Part shown: positions 35,809-42,486 of the stretch, one piece after another | Layout of the letters: the number at the start of each line of letters is the position of its first letter | Numbering within the stretch: position 1 is the first letter of the stretch | The notes under the pieces: generated by a model | Seen by the model: the letters and a program-made list of their open reading frames with translations, nothing else | The model's database searches: none | What the model was told of the DNA's origin: nothing | Made by a program: the position numbers and the translations under genes | Virus record (IMG/VR): IMGVR_UViG_3300043443_000233 | Coordinates: 1-42,486 of that record | Origin: a virus | Lineage: Duplodnaviria > Caudoviricetes | Direction: 5' to 3' (one strand) | Length of the DNA: 42,486 nucleotides

Positions 35809-36029
35809 GCCTACTGACCCAGGCATACCTGCTTGAGAAGTTTGGCCCCCGGCTGACCATCGAGCAACTCTCCCAGGTGCTCGGCCTAGCCAAGGGCAGC
35901 ATCTACAATCAGATCAGCGCCCAGACGTTTCCGATCCCGACCTACGTCGACGCGAGTAAGCGCTGGGCGGATTACCGGGATGTGGCTTTTTACTTGGATG
36001 CGTGCCGAGCGAAATCATCTCAGGCTTGA
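35805..36029 (+). CDS. xis: Excisionase / AlpA-like HTH recombination directionality factor (74 aa)
   Basis: RLTIEQLSQVLGLAKGSIYNQISAQTFPIPT; converges on the integrase. Confidence 0.75.
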   Translation: MSLLTQAYLLEKFGPRLTIEQLSQVLGLAKGSIYNQISAQTFPIPTYVDASKRWADYRDVAFYLDACRAKSSQA

Positions 36030-36996
36030 GGTTGGTGTAGCGCTTGAGGTTCTTCCAGTCCTTGTGCCCGGTGACCAGCGCCACCTGCTCGATCGTGTAG
36101 CCCTCCTCGAATAGGCGCGAGGTGCCGTCGTGGCGCAGATCATGAAAGTGCAGGTCCGGGATGCCGAGCTCGTCGCAGGCCCACTTGAAATACTTGGACA
36201 GGGTCTGCTCGTGAATGGGAAAGATCCGATCGTCCTCGCGTGGCTGGCGTTGCACGATCTCCCAGGCTTTGCCCAGCAGCGGCACCCACTCCCACACCTT
36301 GCCCTTCTTGGGGTGCTTGCGCCAGCAGCCGACCAAGCGCTTGGCCTCGTCAATGTCCTTCCACAAGATCGAGGTCACCTCGCCGCGGCGCATGGCATTG
36401 ATCGCGGCAAAGGCCACCGCCTCCGCGTACTTCTTGCCCTTGTGCGTGTCCAGGTGCTGGATCACCCGCAGCAGCTCGTCGTCGTTGGGCCGGCGCTCGC
36501 GCTTGCCACCGCCACCGATCAGGCCCATGTGGGTGAGCAGCGGCCTGGCCTGGCCGATCACATCCGGCGGCGTCAGGCGCTTGGCCGCGCAGGCGTGGCG
36601 ATAAACCGTGCCCAGCTTGCCCAGCTCCATGTTGATCGTGTACGGGCCGGCGCCCTCGTCGGCGCGCATCTGGGCCCAGCCGAGCAGGTTGTCGATCGCG
36701 AGCTTGAGCGCGCCGATCTCGCCCAGGTCCTTGGCCAGCCGGCGCAGCATGTAGTGCTCGTTGCTGGTGTCCAGGATCGGCCTGGACGCATCGCGCATCG
36801 AACGGTAGATCTCGACCAGCTTGCCGATGGTGATGTCGTCCTGCTCGATCGGCTTGCCCTGGTCGAGCTGGCCCTCGATCTTGCGGGCCCAGATCTCGGC
36901 CGCGGCTTTTGTGGGGAAAGTTTTGCAGATAGACTTGTGCCCCTTGCGGCGCACCAGGGCGCGCCACTTGGCACCGAGCGGGAGGATTGAGGCCAT
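35914..36996 (-). CDS. int: Tyrosine integrase
   Basis: Catalytic AMRRGE, HDLRH, TGHKD and LKRY; N-terminal WRALVRRKG arm-binding domain. Confidence 0.95.
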   Translation of the reverse strand: MASILPLGAKWRALVRRKGHKSICKTFPTKAAAEIWARKIEGQLDQGKPIEQDDITIGKLVEIYRSMRDASRPILDTSNEHYMLRRLAKDLGEIGALKLAIDNLLGWAQMRADEGAGPYTINMELGKLGTVYRHACAAKRLTPPDVIGQARPLLTHMGLIGGGGKRERRPNDDELLRVIQHLDTHKGKKYAEAVAFAAINAMRRGEVTSILWKDIDEAKRLVGCWRKHPKKGKVWEWVPLLGKAWEIVQRQPREDDRIFPIHEQTLSKYFKWACDELGIPDLHFHDLRHDGTSRLFEEGYTIEQVALVTGHKDWKNLKRYTNLKPEMISLGTHPSKKPHPGNPPSAYSRRRRSGSETSGR

Positions 36997-37168
36997 TGAT
37001 ACCGTATCACTGGTGTATCACCACGGCGGTGAAACAGCATGATCTCAAGTGATACATAGTGAATCAAGCACAGTGAAATCCACCCATTAAAAAGTTCACC
37101 CTCCTCGTAGTTCAATGGGTGCACTTCATAGGGGCGCACGGCCCCTCGTATCACTGGCGTATCACTGG
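36997..37168. other. attP: arm-type repeats CGTATCACTGG flanking a core centred near 37109
   Basis: CGTATCACTGG at 37003, 37147 and 37158, variant at 37014. Inverted repeat AAGTTCACCC/GGGTGCACTT at 37092-37126. Non-coding and adjacent to int. Confidence 0.75.
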
Positions 37169-37170
37169 CC

Positions 37171-37197
37171 AAAAAAACCCCGGCGCTAGGCCGGGGT
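37171..37197 (-). terminator. Rho-independent terminator of the late/lysis operon
   Basis: ACCCCGGC/GCCGGGGT stem followed by a U-run on the minus strand. Confidence 0.85.
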
Positions 37198-37253
37198 AAA
37201 ACCTGGGGCGGGGTTACCGGGGAGACATCCGGGCCGCAACTGGTCCAGGCCGC
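37171..37253 (-). ncRNA. Candidate double-hairpin sRNA with UGUCUCC loop (Betaproteobacteria toxic-sRNA-like)
   Basis: Nested stems CCUGG/CCAGG, GCGG/CCGC and CCGG/CCGG present AUGUCUCC, followed by the terminator. Confidence 0.45.
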
Positions 37254-37712
37254 TTATTGAAGGCCGTTCAAATAGACGGTTTTGCCGTCCTGCTTGATCG
37301 CGGTCAAGCACTGGTTTTTCAGGTTGGCAGGGTTGTAGCTGCAATGAATCCAGCCATCGTTGGGGTTCTGACCTGGAAACTCGAGAATGAGCTGGGTGAA
37401 CTTGAGGTTCGTTTTGATCCACTCGGCCAGCACTCTGTTCTCAACACCCATGACTTCAAAGTCAGCGGCGTGGCCGGTCATGTGATCGCTGGCCTTTGCG
37501 CCGCCGATCTTTTCGTTGAGCGCCTTGCAGCGAAACCCGGACGAGACGGTGACCATGCCAAAGTGGTCGCGCACCGGTTGCAAGATATGGTCGGCCAAGC
37601 CCTGGAGGTTCTTCACCACCTCGGCGGTTGGCGTGTTGTCGATGCCGTGTCGTGCGGCGTCGTTGCTTTTTGTCAGCTCAGAGAGGCTAAAGTTTTTGGT
37701 GAGTTGAGTCAT
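37254..37712 (-). CDS. Endolysin, peptidase M15 family
   Basis: NFSLSELTKS, SSGFRC..LN..IGG..SDHMTGHAADF, QLILEF..WIHCSY Zn-peptidase motifs. Confidence 0.92.
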   Translation of the reverse strand: MTQLTKNFSLSELTKSNDAARHGIDNTPTAEVVKNLQGLADHILQPVRDHFGMVTVSSGFRCKALNEKIGGAKASDHMTGHAADFEVMGVENRVLAEWIKTNLKFTQLILEFPGQNPNDGWIHCSYNPANLKNQCLTAIKQDGKTVYLNGLQ

Positions 37713-38164
37713 TTGCTGCTTTCAGTGGTTGGCCAAGATTGAATCAGTGTCCTTGCGTCAAGGGCGTGCCCATCAGCTTTTCGCGCCAGGTCTTCAAGCG
37801 CTGCGCCACACTCTCCGAGTACGGCTGTTGCGGTTGCGCCGTAGTCTCGGGCGGCGGCGCAGGTAGCACCGGGCAGGTTGCTGGCGGCGGTGTCGAGCTG
37901 GTCGCGCAGCCCGTCACGTTCAGCGCGAGCAGCATCAGCACTGCGAGCATTGGCCAGTGCGGCTTGCTGGGCTTGTTTGAGTGCATCGTCTTTTTTCCTT
38001 TGCATGCGGGTGGATTCGTCCATCGCCTTGGCGGTTGCCTCGGCCACGGCCTTGGAGTTGGCCGCCTCGATCTCGGAGATCTGGGCGTTCAAGCGCCAGC
38101 CGTTGACCATGAAGCCCGCGCTAAACGCGGCCACGGCCACACCGCCAATGACGTATGGATTCAT
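37709..38164 (-). CDS. Rz-like inner-membrane spanin (151 aa)
   Basis: ATG 38164; N-terminal TM ending NGWRL, coiled coil, two Cys, ends near SWP. Confidence 0.8.
   Translation of the reverse strand: MNPYVIGGVAVAAFSAGFMVNGWRLNAQISEIEAANSKAVAEATAKAMDESTRMQRKKDDALKQAQQAALANARSADAARAERDGLRDQLDTAASNLPGATCAAARDYGATATAVLGECGAALEDLARKADGHALDARTLIQSWPTTESSK
37744..37986 (-). CDS. Rz1-like outer-membrane lipoprotein spanin embedded in Rz
   Basis: Alternative frame: MLAVLMLLALNVTG-C lipobox then a Pro-rich mature part. Start 37986 or 37950. Confidence 0.75.
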   Translation of the reverse strand: MHSNKPSKPHWPMLAVLMLLALNVTGCATSSTPPPATCPVLPAPPPETTAQPQQPYSESVAQRLKTWREKLMGTPLTQGH

Positions 38165-38487
38165 TCGGCGATCTTCCCGCGGATGTAGGCGGTCGCCGCC
38201 ATGAAGGCCACGACGATCGTGCCCATGGCCGCGCAGAAGGTGGTGGCCAGGCCCATCAGTGCGCTGACCTTGTCGAGATCGACGAACGGCGCGCACATGA
38301 AGATGATGATGGCAAAGGGCATGAACATCGCGACCCAGGCCATGACGCGCTGCTGGTCGGCGAGCTTGTCCATGTTCTCGATCTGCATCATTCGCTCCGA
38401 TCGGTTGAGCTCCTCGTCGGTGACGATGCCATCGCCATCGACGTCGAACTCGTTGTACTTGGAATTTTTCTCAAGGGACTTAGCCAT
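38161..38487 (-). CDS. Holin-like two-TM protein with N-terminal EF-hand-like loop
   Basis: GGAGG RBS; DVDGDGIVTDEE; two hydrophobic segments; directly upstream of the spanins and endolysin. Confidence 0.65.
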   Translation of the reverse strand: MAKSLEKNSKYNEFDVDGDGIVTDEELNRSERMMQIENMDKLADQQRVMAWVAMFMPFAIIIFMCAPFVDLDKVSALMGLATTFCAAMGTIVVAFMAATAYIRGKIAE

Positions 38488-38674
38488 CACCACCTCCAAA
38501 TGGTATGTTTGATTTTAAAAACTCAATGACCGACTTGGAGTCGTCCACCGGCAAAACGTAGAGCATGTCGAGCACCCAGTTGGCCATGATGGCCATGCAA
38601 CAGAACTTGAGAAACCGGTCGAAGCCGAGCTTCCAGTCTGTGCCAACATCGAACCACTTGAGCAGCTCCCACAC
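38480..38674 (-). CDS. Small putative membrane protein (64 aa)
   Basis: Fills the gap in the lysis region; hydrophobic core. Confidence 0.55.
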   Translation of the reverse strand: MWELLKWFDVGTDWKLGFDRFLKFCCMAIMANWVLDMLYVLPVDDSKSVIEFLKSNIPFGGGDG

Positions 38675-38678
38675 ATCG

Positions 38679-39182
38679 TCAGCACCCGTACTTGCGGCAG
38701 AAGGAAAACAACTCCCACCCGCCCCACATCAGGATGACGAAGATCACAACGGACAAGATGACGGCGATCGCCGTCTCGAGCTCCTCCTGCTCTTTTTGCT
38801 TCTTGCGCCGTGCATCTTCCTTGGCCTTGCCCGCAGCCTTGGCGGCCTCGGCCTCCATGACCGTGGCACGCGCCTTGATCTTTTGCCACACGTCCATCTT
38901 GTTGGCGTTCCAGAACAGACGTTTCAGGTCTTCCTCGAACTCCTTTTGAGAGTCGATGGCCAGCTCGATCTCGAGCGCCTTGCCCATGGACGAGCCGCCG
39001 AACGTGCCGGCCTTGGCAGCCTCGGCCGATGCAATGGCGTTTGCCTTGGCGTCGAAGTATTTGCCCAGCATGGGGGCCAGGGACTCCACGCTCTGCGCCG
39101 TAGCGCTGGCCTTCTTGACCAGTGAGACGGCCTTGTTGACCGCGTCGAGCGCGGCTTCTGGATCAAGCAACAGGCCGATCAT
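38679..39182 (-). CDS. Coiled-coil protein with C-terminal TM anchor (167 aa)
   Basis: Helical body followed by AIAVILSVVIFVILMWGGW. Confidence 0.75.
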   Translation of the reverse strand: MIGLLLDPEAALDAVNKAVSLVKKASATAQSVESLAPMLGKYFDAKANAIASAEAAKAGTFGGSSMGKALEIELAIDSQKEFEEDLKRLFWNANKMDVWQKIKARATVMEAEAAKAAGKAKEDARRKKQKEQEELETAIAVILSVVIFVILMWGGWELFSFCRKYGC

Positions 39183-39184
39183 GT

Positions 39185-39394
39185 TCAGCCCTTCCAGTGA
39201 CCGGCGAGCCAGGACACGGCAGCGCCGACGCCAGAGGCGATCGTCATACCGACCCAGAACCCACCCTTGGATTTATTGGCCAGCTCGAGCAGCTCGCTGA
39301 TCTGGCCCTCCATCTTGTCGATCTTCTTGTCCATGTTTTGCACGCGCTCCCAGAGGACGCCGTACTTCACTGGATCAATTTCACCTGGTTCCAT
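39185..39394 (-). CDS. Small coiled-coil plus TM protein (holin/antiholin or XhlA-like)
   Basis: IDPVKYGVLWERV..LLELANKSKGGFWVGM; first gene of the lysis region. Confidence 0.7.
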   Translation of the reverse strand: MEPGEIDPVKYGVLWERVQNMDKKIDKMEGQISELLELANKSKGGFWVGMTIASGVGAAVSWLAGHWKG

Positions 39395-39425
39395 GCTGCT
39401 CTTTCATCGTGTTGCTTGTATCTCA

Positions 39426-39794
39426 TCACTGCGCCGATGGCTTGGGGTACTTGGCCTTTACAGCCAAGCAGTCCGCAATGTACTTGTCGATCTGCGCTTG
39501 GTCGCCCTTGACCACGCCATCGAGGTAGTCGGCGATTGGCGGGTATTCGCTGGCGCGAAGCTCTGCGTATGTCGGCGCATAGTCAGGCTGCGCAGGCCCT
39601 GGCTCGGGCTGCGGAATATCGCGATACTCCCAGCCGCCCGAGATGAAATGACGGGTCGATCCTTCTATGTGATCAGGCGGCGCTACGTCGGTGGCGTTGG
39701 CAGGGATCAGCCAGCGGCCCGACTCCAAGGGGTCAGCATCGGCCACGCTTTCAGCGATAAATTTTCCGTCTTCGTCGTAGTGGTAAATTTTCAT
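39426..39794 (-). CDS. Tail fibre assembly chaperone-like protein
   Basis: ADADPLESGRWLIPANATDVAPP; YAELRASEYP..VKAKYPKP. Confidence 0.75.
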   Translation of the reverse strand: MKIYHYDEDGKFIAESVADADPLESGRWLIPANATDVAPPDHIEGSTRHFISGGWEYRDIPQPEPGPAQPDYAPTYAELRASEYPPIADYLDGVVKGDQAQIDKYIADCLAVKAKYPKPSAQ

Positions 39795-39803
39795 GGCGTC
39801 ACC

Positions 39804-40343
39804 TTAGAACTTAATACAGGCCAGCAATGCCACGTTACGGGGTCGGTTCTCGCTGGAGTTGGTTGTCCCGCCTTGGCTGCTGAAAAGGCTTGATAACTGT
39901 CCCTGATAGCTATCTGAGGGCGAGCGCTCAACCAATGCGCCTGCGCCGTAACCATATCCGTTTCTTCGCTCTCTATCAGTTGTCAAATGGTTATGGCTTT
40001 GCATCTGGTGGCTTTGAGTCGTACCAATTCCGCGCCCGGAATCAACGCCGCGCCCATCATCAAAGCCGCGCAGGAATTCGCCGCGCAAGTCAGGCACGTT
40101 GAACGTGGTCGAGCCATCGCCTGTGCCATAGGTGGTGCCAATCGCCGAGAACAAAGACGCGTAGGTCGTGCGCGAGACAGCAGCGCCGTTGGCTTTAAGC
40201 CAGCCAGTTGGTGCGCTGCTCATGCCAAGGTATGCAATCGTGCCGGCAACAATCGGATTTGGTGCGTTGGTCAGATTCTCGCTGCCAATGGTGCCGCCAC
40301 CGTCAACGACAAGTCGCGCCAGGTTTCGTGCTTTTCCCATCAT
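39804..40343 (-). CDS. Tail collar domain protein (short secondary fibre)
   Basis: PTGWLKANGAAVSRTTYASLFSAIGTTYG.GDGSTTFNVPDLRGEFLRG..ENRPRNVALLACIK. Confidence 0.88.
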   Translation of the reverse strand: MMGKARNLARLVVDGGGTIGSENLTNAPNPIVAGTIAYLGMSSAPTGWLKANGAAVSRTTYASLFSAIGTTYGTGDGSTTFNVPDLRGEFLRGFDDGRGVDSGRGIGTTQSHQMQSHNHLTTDRERRNGYGYGAGALVERSPSDSYQGQLSSLFSSQGGTTNSSENRPRNVALLACIKF

Positions 40344-40570
40344 TCGCTCCAAACTGCTTCAGGCCGCTCTGGCCATACGGGCTCGGCGACGGGGTTGAGA
40401 TAGATCTCGCGCACTGCTGCGCGGTAGGTGTCGAAGGCTGACTTGTTCGTCAGCGCGGCAGCAACGTCGGCCACCTGGGACCAGTCTGTCTGCTCGAGCA
40501 AAACTTTGGCCTCGGCCTTGCAGGCTTCCTGCTTGACCGCCGCGGTCTTGGTTGGGTTGATCGTGATCAT
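40340..40570 (-). CDS. Tail fibre chaperone-like protein (76 aa)
   Basis: LLEQTDWSQVAD..YRAAVREI..WPERP. Confidence 0.75.
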   Translation of the reverse strand: MITINPTKTAAVKQEACKAEAKVLLEQTDWSQVADVAAALTNKSAFDTYRAAVREIYLNPVAEPVWPERPEAVWSE

Positions 40571-40866
40571 GCTTGTGCCTCCACGACGGGCGTGCCGTCT
40601 TCATTCCAGCCCACCACGGCGTTGGTCGAGCCGACACCGTAGTCGGCGCCGACGCCATCGGTGAGCTCGGCCTCGTCGACCTCCCACGCTGCACGCTCGC
40701 TGCGATCGCTTGGGATGTCAGCGACATCGACGATCTTGTAGGGCTTGCCAGTGGGCACATCCTTGAGCGCGATGGCCTCGATCCCCAGCATTGCGACAGC
40801 GTCTGGTGTTGGGACGATGACAGCCACGCCGCCTTCGTCAGTAGGGTAAATGATTCGTTGAGTCAT
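40567..40866 (-). CDS. Tail-fibre-associated protein (99 aa)
   Basis: RIIYPTDEGGVAVIVP..KDVPTGKPYKIV..PSDRSERAAW; follows the fibre gene. Confidence 0.75.
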   Translation of the reverse strand: MTQRIIYPTDEGGVAVIVPTPDAVAMLGIEAIALKDVPTGKPYKIVDVADIPSDRSERAAWEVDEAELTDGVGADYGVGSTNAVVGWNEDGTPVVEAQA

Positions 40867-40881
40867 TCTGGTTCCTTTGGG

Positions 40882-42486
40882 TTAGCGGAAGATGGCGACA
40901 AAGACATATTCTTCATCTTCCGCAGATCGCGTTCCTGTGGACACCCATGTACCAACGCGAACAGCGGAGTTTGTTGGCGCCACTTGAGTTGCCAAAACGT
41001 TTGCGCCACGCACTCCTGAGTTAGCAGTGTTATCGTTGCCCTGCACAACAAGCGGGGAGTAGTTAGCATCAGGCATTGCCGTGGTGAAGTTCACCGCGTA
41101 ATTACCAGTGCCGTTGTCCGTAATTGAACTCACGTTGCCGCTGCCACGAATCGCCACAGTCCCAGTGCCGTTGAAGTTCACCCATGCTCGGCAGTCGAAG
41201 GCTGGGTACATCGTCGAGCCACTTGGGATGACGCTGTGGCGTTGGAAGTTGGTGTCGATCTTTGCTTTGGCATTTCCGTCGATCACGAGCTCAAGGTCAT
41301 ACACGCCTGAGTTAGTGCCGACCTGTACCTTGTTCGTACCTGTGCGAGCGATAAATCCGCGATCACTGTCGCTGGTGTTGATAACAGCCAGCGTGCGACC
41401 AGAGCCTGCTTGCGACAGCGTCAAGTTGCCGGTCATCGTGTCGCCAGCCGTGTTCACGAACCGGCTGTCGGCATCGGTCTTGTTGTAGTGGTCGGCCAGC
41501 TCAAAAGAACCATACGCAACAATGTTGAGCTCGTCATTCAACGCGGCTGCTGACCCAAGCACGACGCTAGTGCCGCTAGTCGCTGTGTAGTCGCTTTGAT
41601 CCAATCGCACACCGTTCAGGTATACGTCGATGAACCCAACGTCGTAGCCAAGGGTGTTGCTGTTAGAGTCGCTTCCGCTAAAAGTTGTTTGCGCGGCTGT
41701 AGCAATGTAGCGATAGCGCGCCGCAGTACCATTGACGGTTGATCCAACGGACTGCCAGAGCGCGCCCGTGTAGACCTTCATCTGGTCGTCTACGGTGTTG
41801 AAGTACAAGTCACCTTCTTGAAGCGCGCTACTGTCGTTGCGCAGTGTTGGCGCGCTAGTCTTTGGCCCTTGATACACATCGGCGAAGTTGGTGATGTCGG
41901 CCACGTTGTCCGCAGCGATCGACACATCAGCGGCAATCGCGGCCACCGCGCTCACATCGGCGATCGCGTCACCCACCGTATTCACGTCGGCGATGTTGTT
42001 GGCCACCACCTCGATCTCGGACACCGCCTCGTTCAGGTCGTTGGCCGCGGTAATGATCGCGGCGATGTCGCCGGCCACAGTGTTCACCGATGCGATGTTC
42101 GTGGCCACGGTGGACACGTTGGCGTTGTTGGTCGCCACGGTCGATACCGCAGAGCTGATGCCAGCCACGGTGGTGACGTTGGCCGCGATGTTTTCCACAG
42201 CCGCCACATCGGACGCAATGCCCGCCACGGTGGTCACATCGGCTGCCACGCCAGCCACGGTGGTGACGTTCGACGAGATGCCTGCCACAGTGGACACGTT
42301 GGTGCTGTTGCTGGCGACCGTGCTGACTGCCGAGCTGACGCCGGCCACAGTCGTCACGTTGGCTGCAATCCCTGCCACGGTCGTCACGTTCGAGGCGATG
42401 TTCTCAACGGCAGCCACGTCGCCGGCGATACCGGCCACGGTGTCCACATCGGACGCGATGCCGGCCACGGTGTTGATGTTGGTGGC
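40882..42486 (-). CDS. Tail fibre protein, C-terminal part (starts at 883 across the join)
   Basis: 10-aa NVTTVAGIAA repeats, GDLYFNT, DVYLNGVRL, C-terminal CRAWVNFNGTG..SSITDNGTGNY domain. Confidence 0.88.
   Translation of the reverse strand, partial: ATNINTVAGIASDVDTVAGIAGDVAAVENIASNVTTVAGIAANVTTVAGVSSAVSTVASNSTNVSTVAGISSNVTTVAGVAADVTTVAGIASDVAAVENIAANVTTVAGISSAVSTVATNNANVSTVATNIASVNTVAGDIAAIITAANDLNEAVSEIEVVANNIADVNTVGDAIADVSAVAAIAADVSIAADNVADITNFADVYQGPKTSAPTLRNDSSALQEGDLYFNTVDDQMKVYTGALWQSVGSTVNGTAARYRYIATAAQTTFSGSDSNSNTLGYDVGFIDVYLNGVRLDQSDYTATSGTSVVLGSAAALNDELNIVAYGSFELADHYNKTDADSRFVNTAGDTMTGNLTLSQAGSGRTLAVINTSDSDRGFIARTGTNKVQVGTNSGVYDLELVIDGNAKAKIDTNFQRHSVIPSGSTMYPAFDCRAWVNFNGTGTVAIRGSGNVSSITDNGTGNYAVNFTTAMPDANYSPLVVQGNDNTANSGVRGANVLATQVAPTNSAVRVGTWVSTGTRSAEDEEYVFVAIFR
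42360..42486. repeat. Terminal 127-bp direct repeat, identical to 1-127
   Basis: Exact match to the window start. Confidence 0.95.

Noticed and set aside
37101-37170. Complete tRNA gene
   Set aside because: Similarity ends after about 18 nt, with no anticodon arm or T-arm GTTCGA.
887-42468. Alternative genetic code or pseudogenes
   Set aside because: Core genes are full length and tightly coupled under the standard code.
39426-42486. Diversity-generating retroelement as in BPP-1
   Set aside because: No reverse transcriptase ORF and no template/variable repeat pair seen.

Overview
The window looks like a complete, circularly permuted temperate podovirus genome of about 42,359 bp. Positions 1-127 are identical to 42360-42486, and the tail-fibre ORF runs in frame across that join. 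Minus-strand late region: RusA, TerS, TerL, portal, scaffold, major capsid and cement proteins of the Bordetella BPP-1/epsilon15 type, T7-like tail adaptor and nozzle, three ejection proteins (one a 2855-aa polyvalent protein), tail fibres and a lysis cassette. A CI/Cro switch separates a primase-helicase (minus) from a plus-strand early operon (Sak4-like ATPase, DUF669 SSB, Cas4-like nuclease, SF2 helicase, many small ORFs, Xis) that converges on a tyrosine integrase and attP. Most interesting signals: (1) a three-way-junction RNA with a pseudoknot over the primase-helicase start codon; (2) an attP core resembling the 5' end of a tRNA-Arg(CCT); (3) cassette-like ART and metallopeptidase modules in the giant ejected protein; (4) an anti-Shine-Dalgarno sRNA-like element behind the endolysin; (5) four dispersed 19-bp operators; (6) an EF-hand-bearing holin candidate. 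A betaproteobacterial (possibly Comamonadaceae) host is inferred. All family calls come from motif recognition and gene order, with no database searches.
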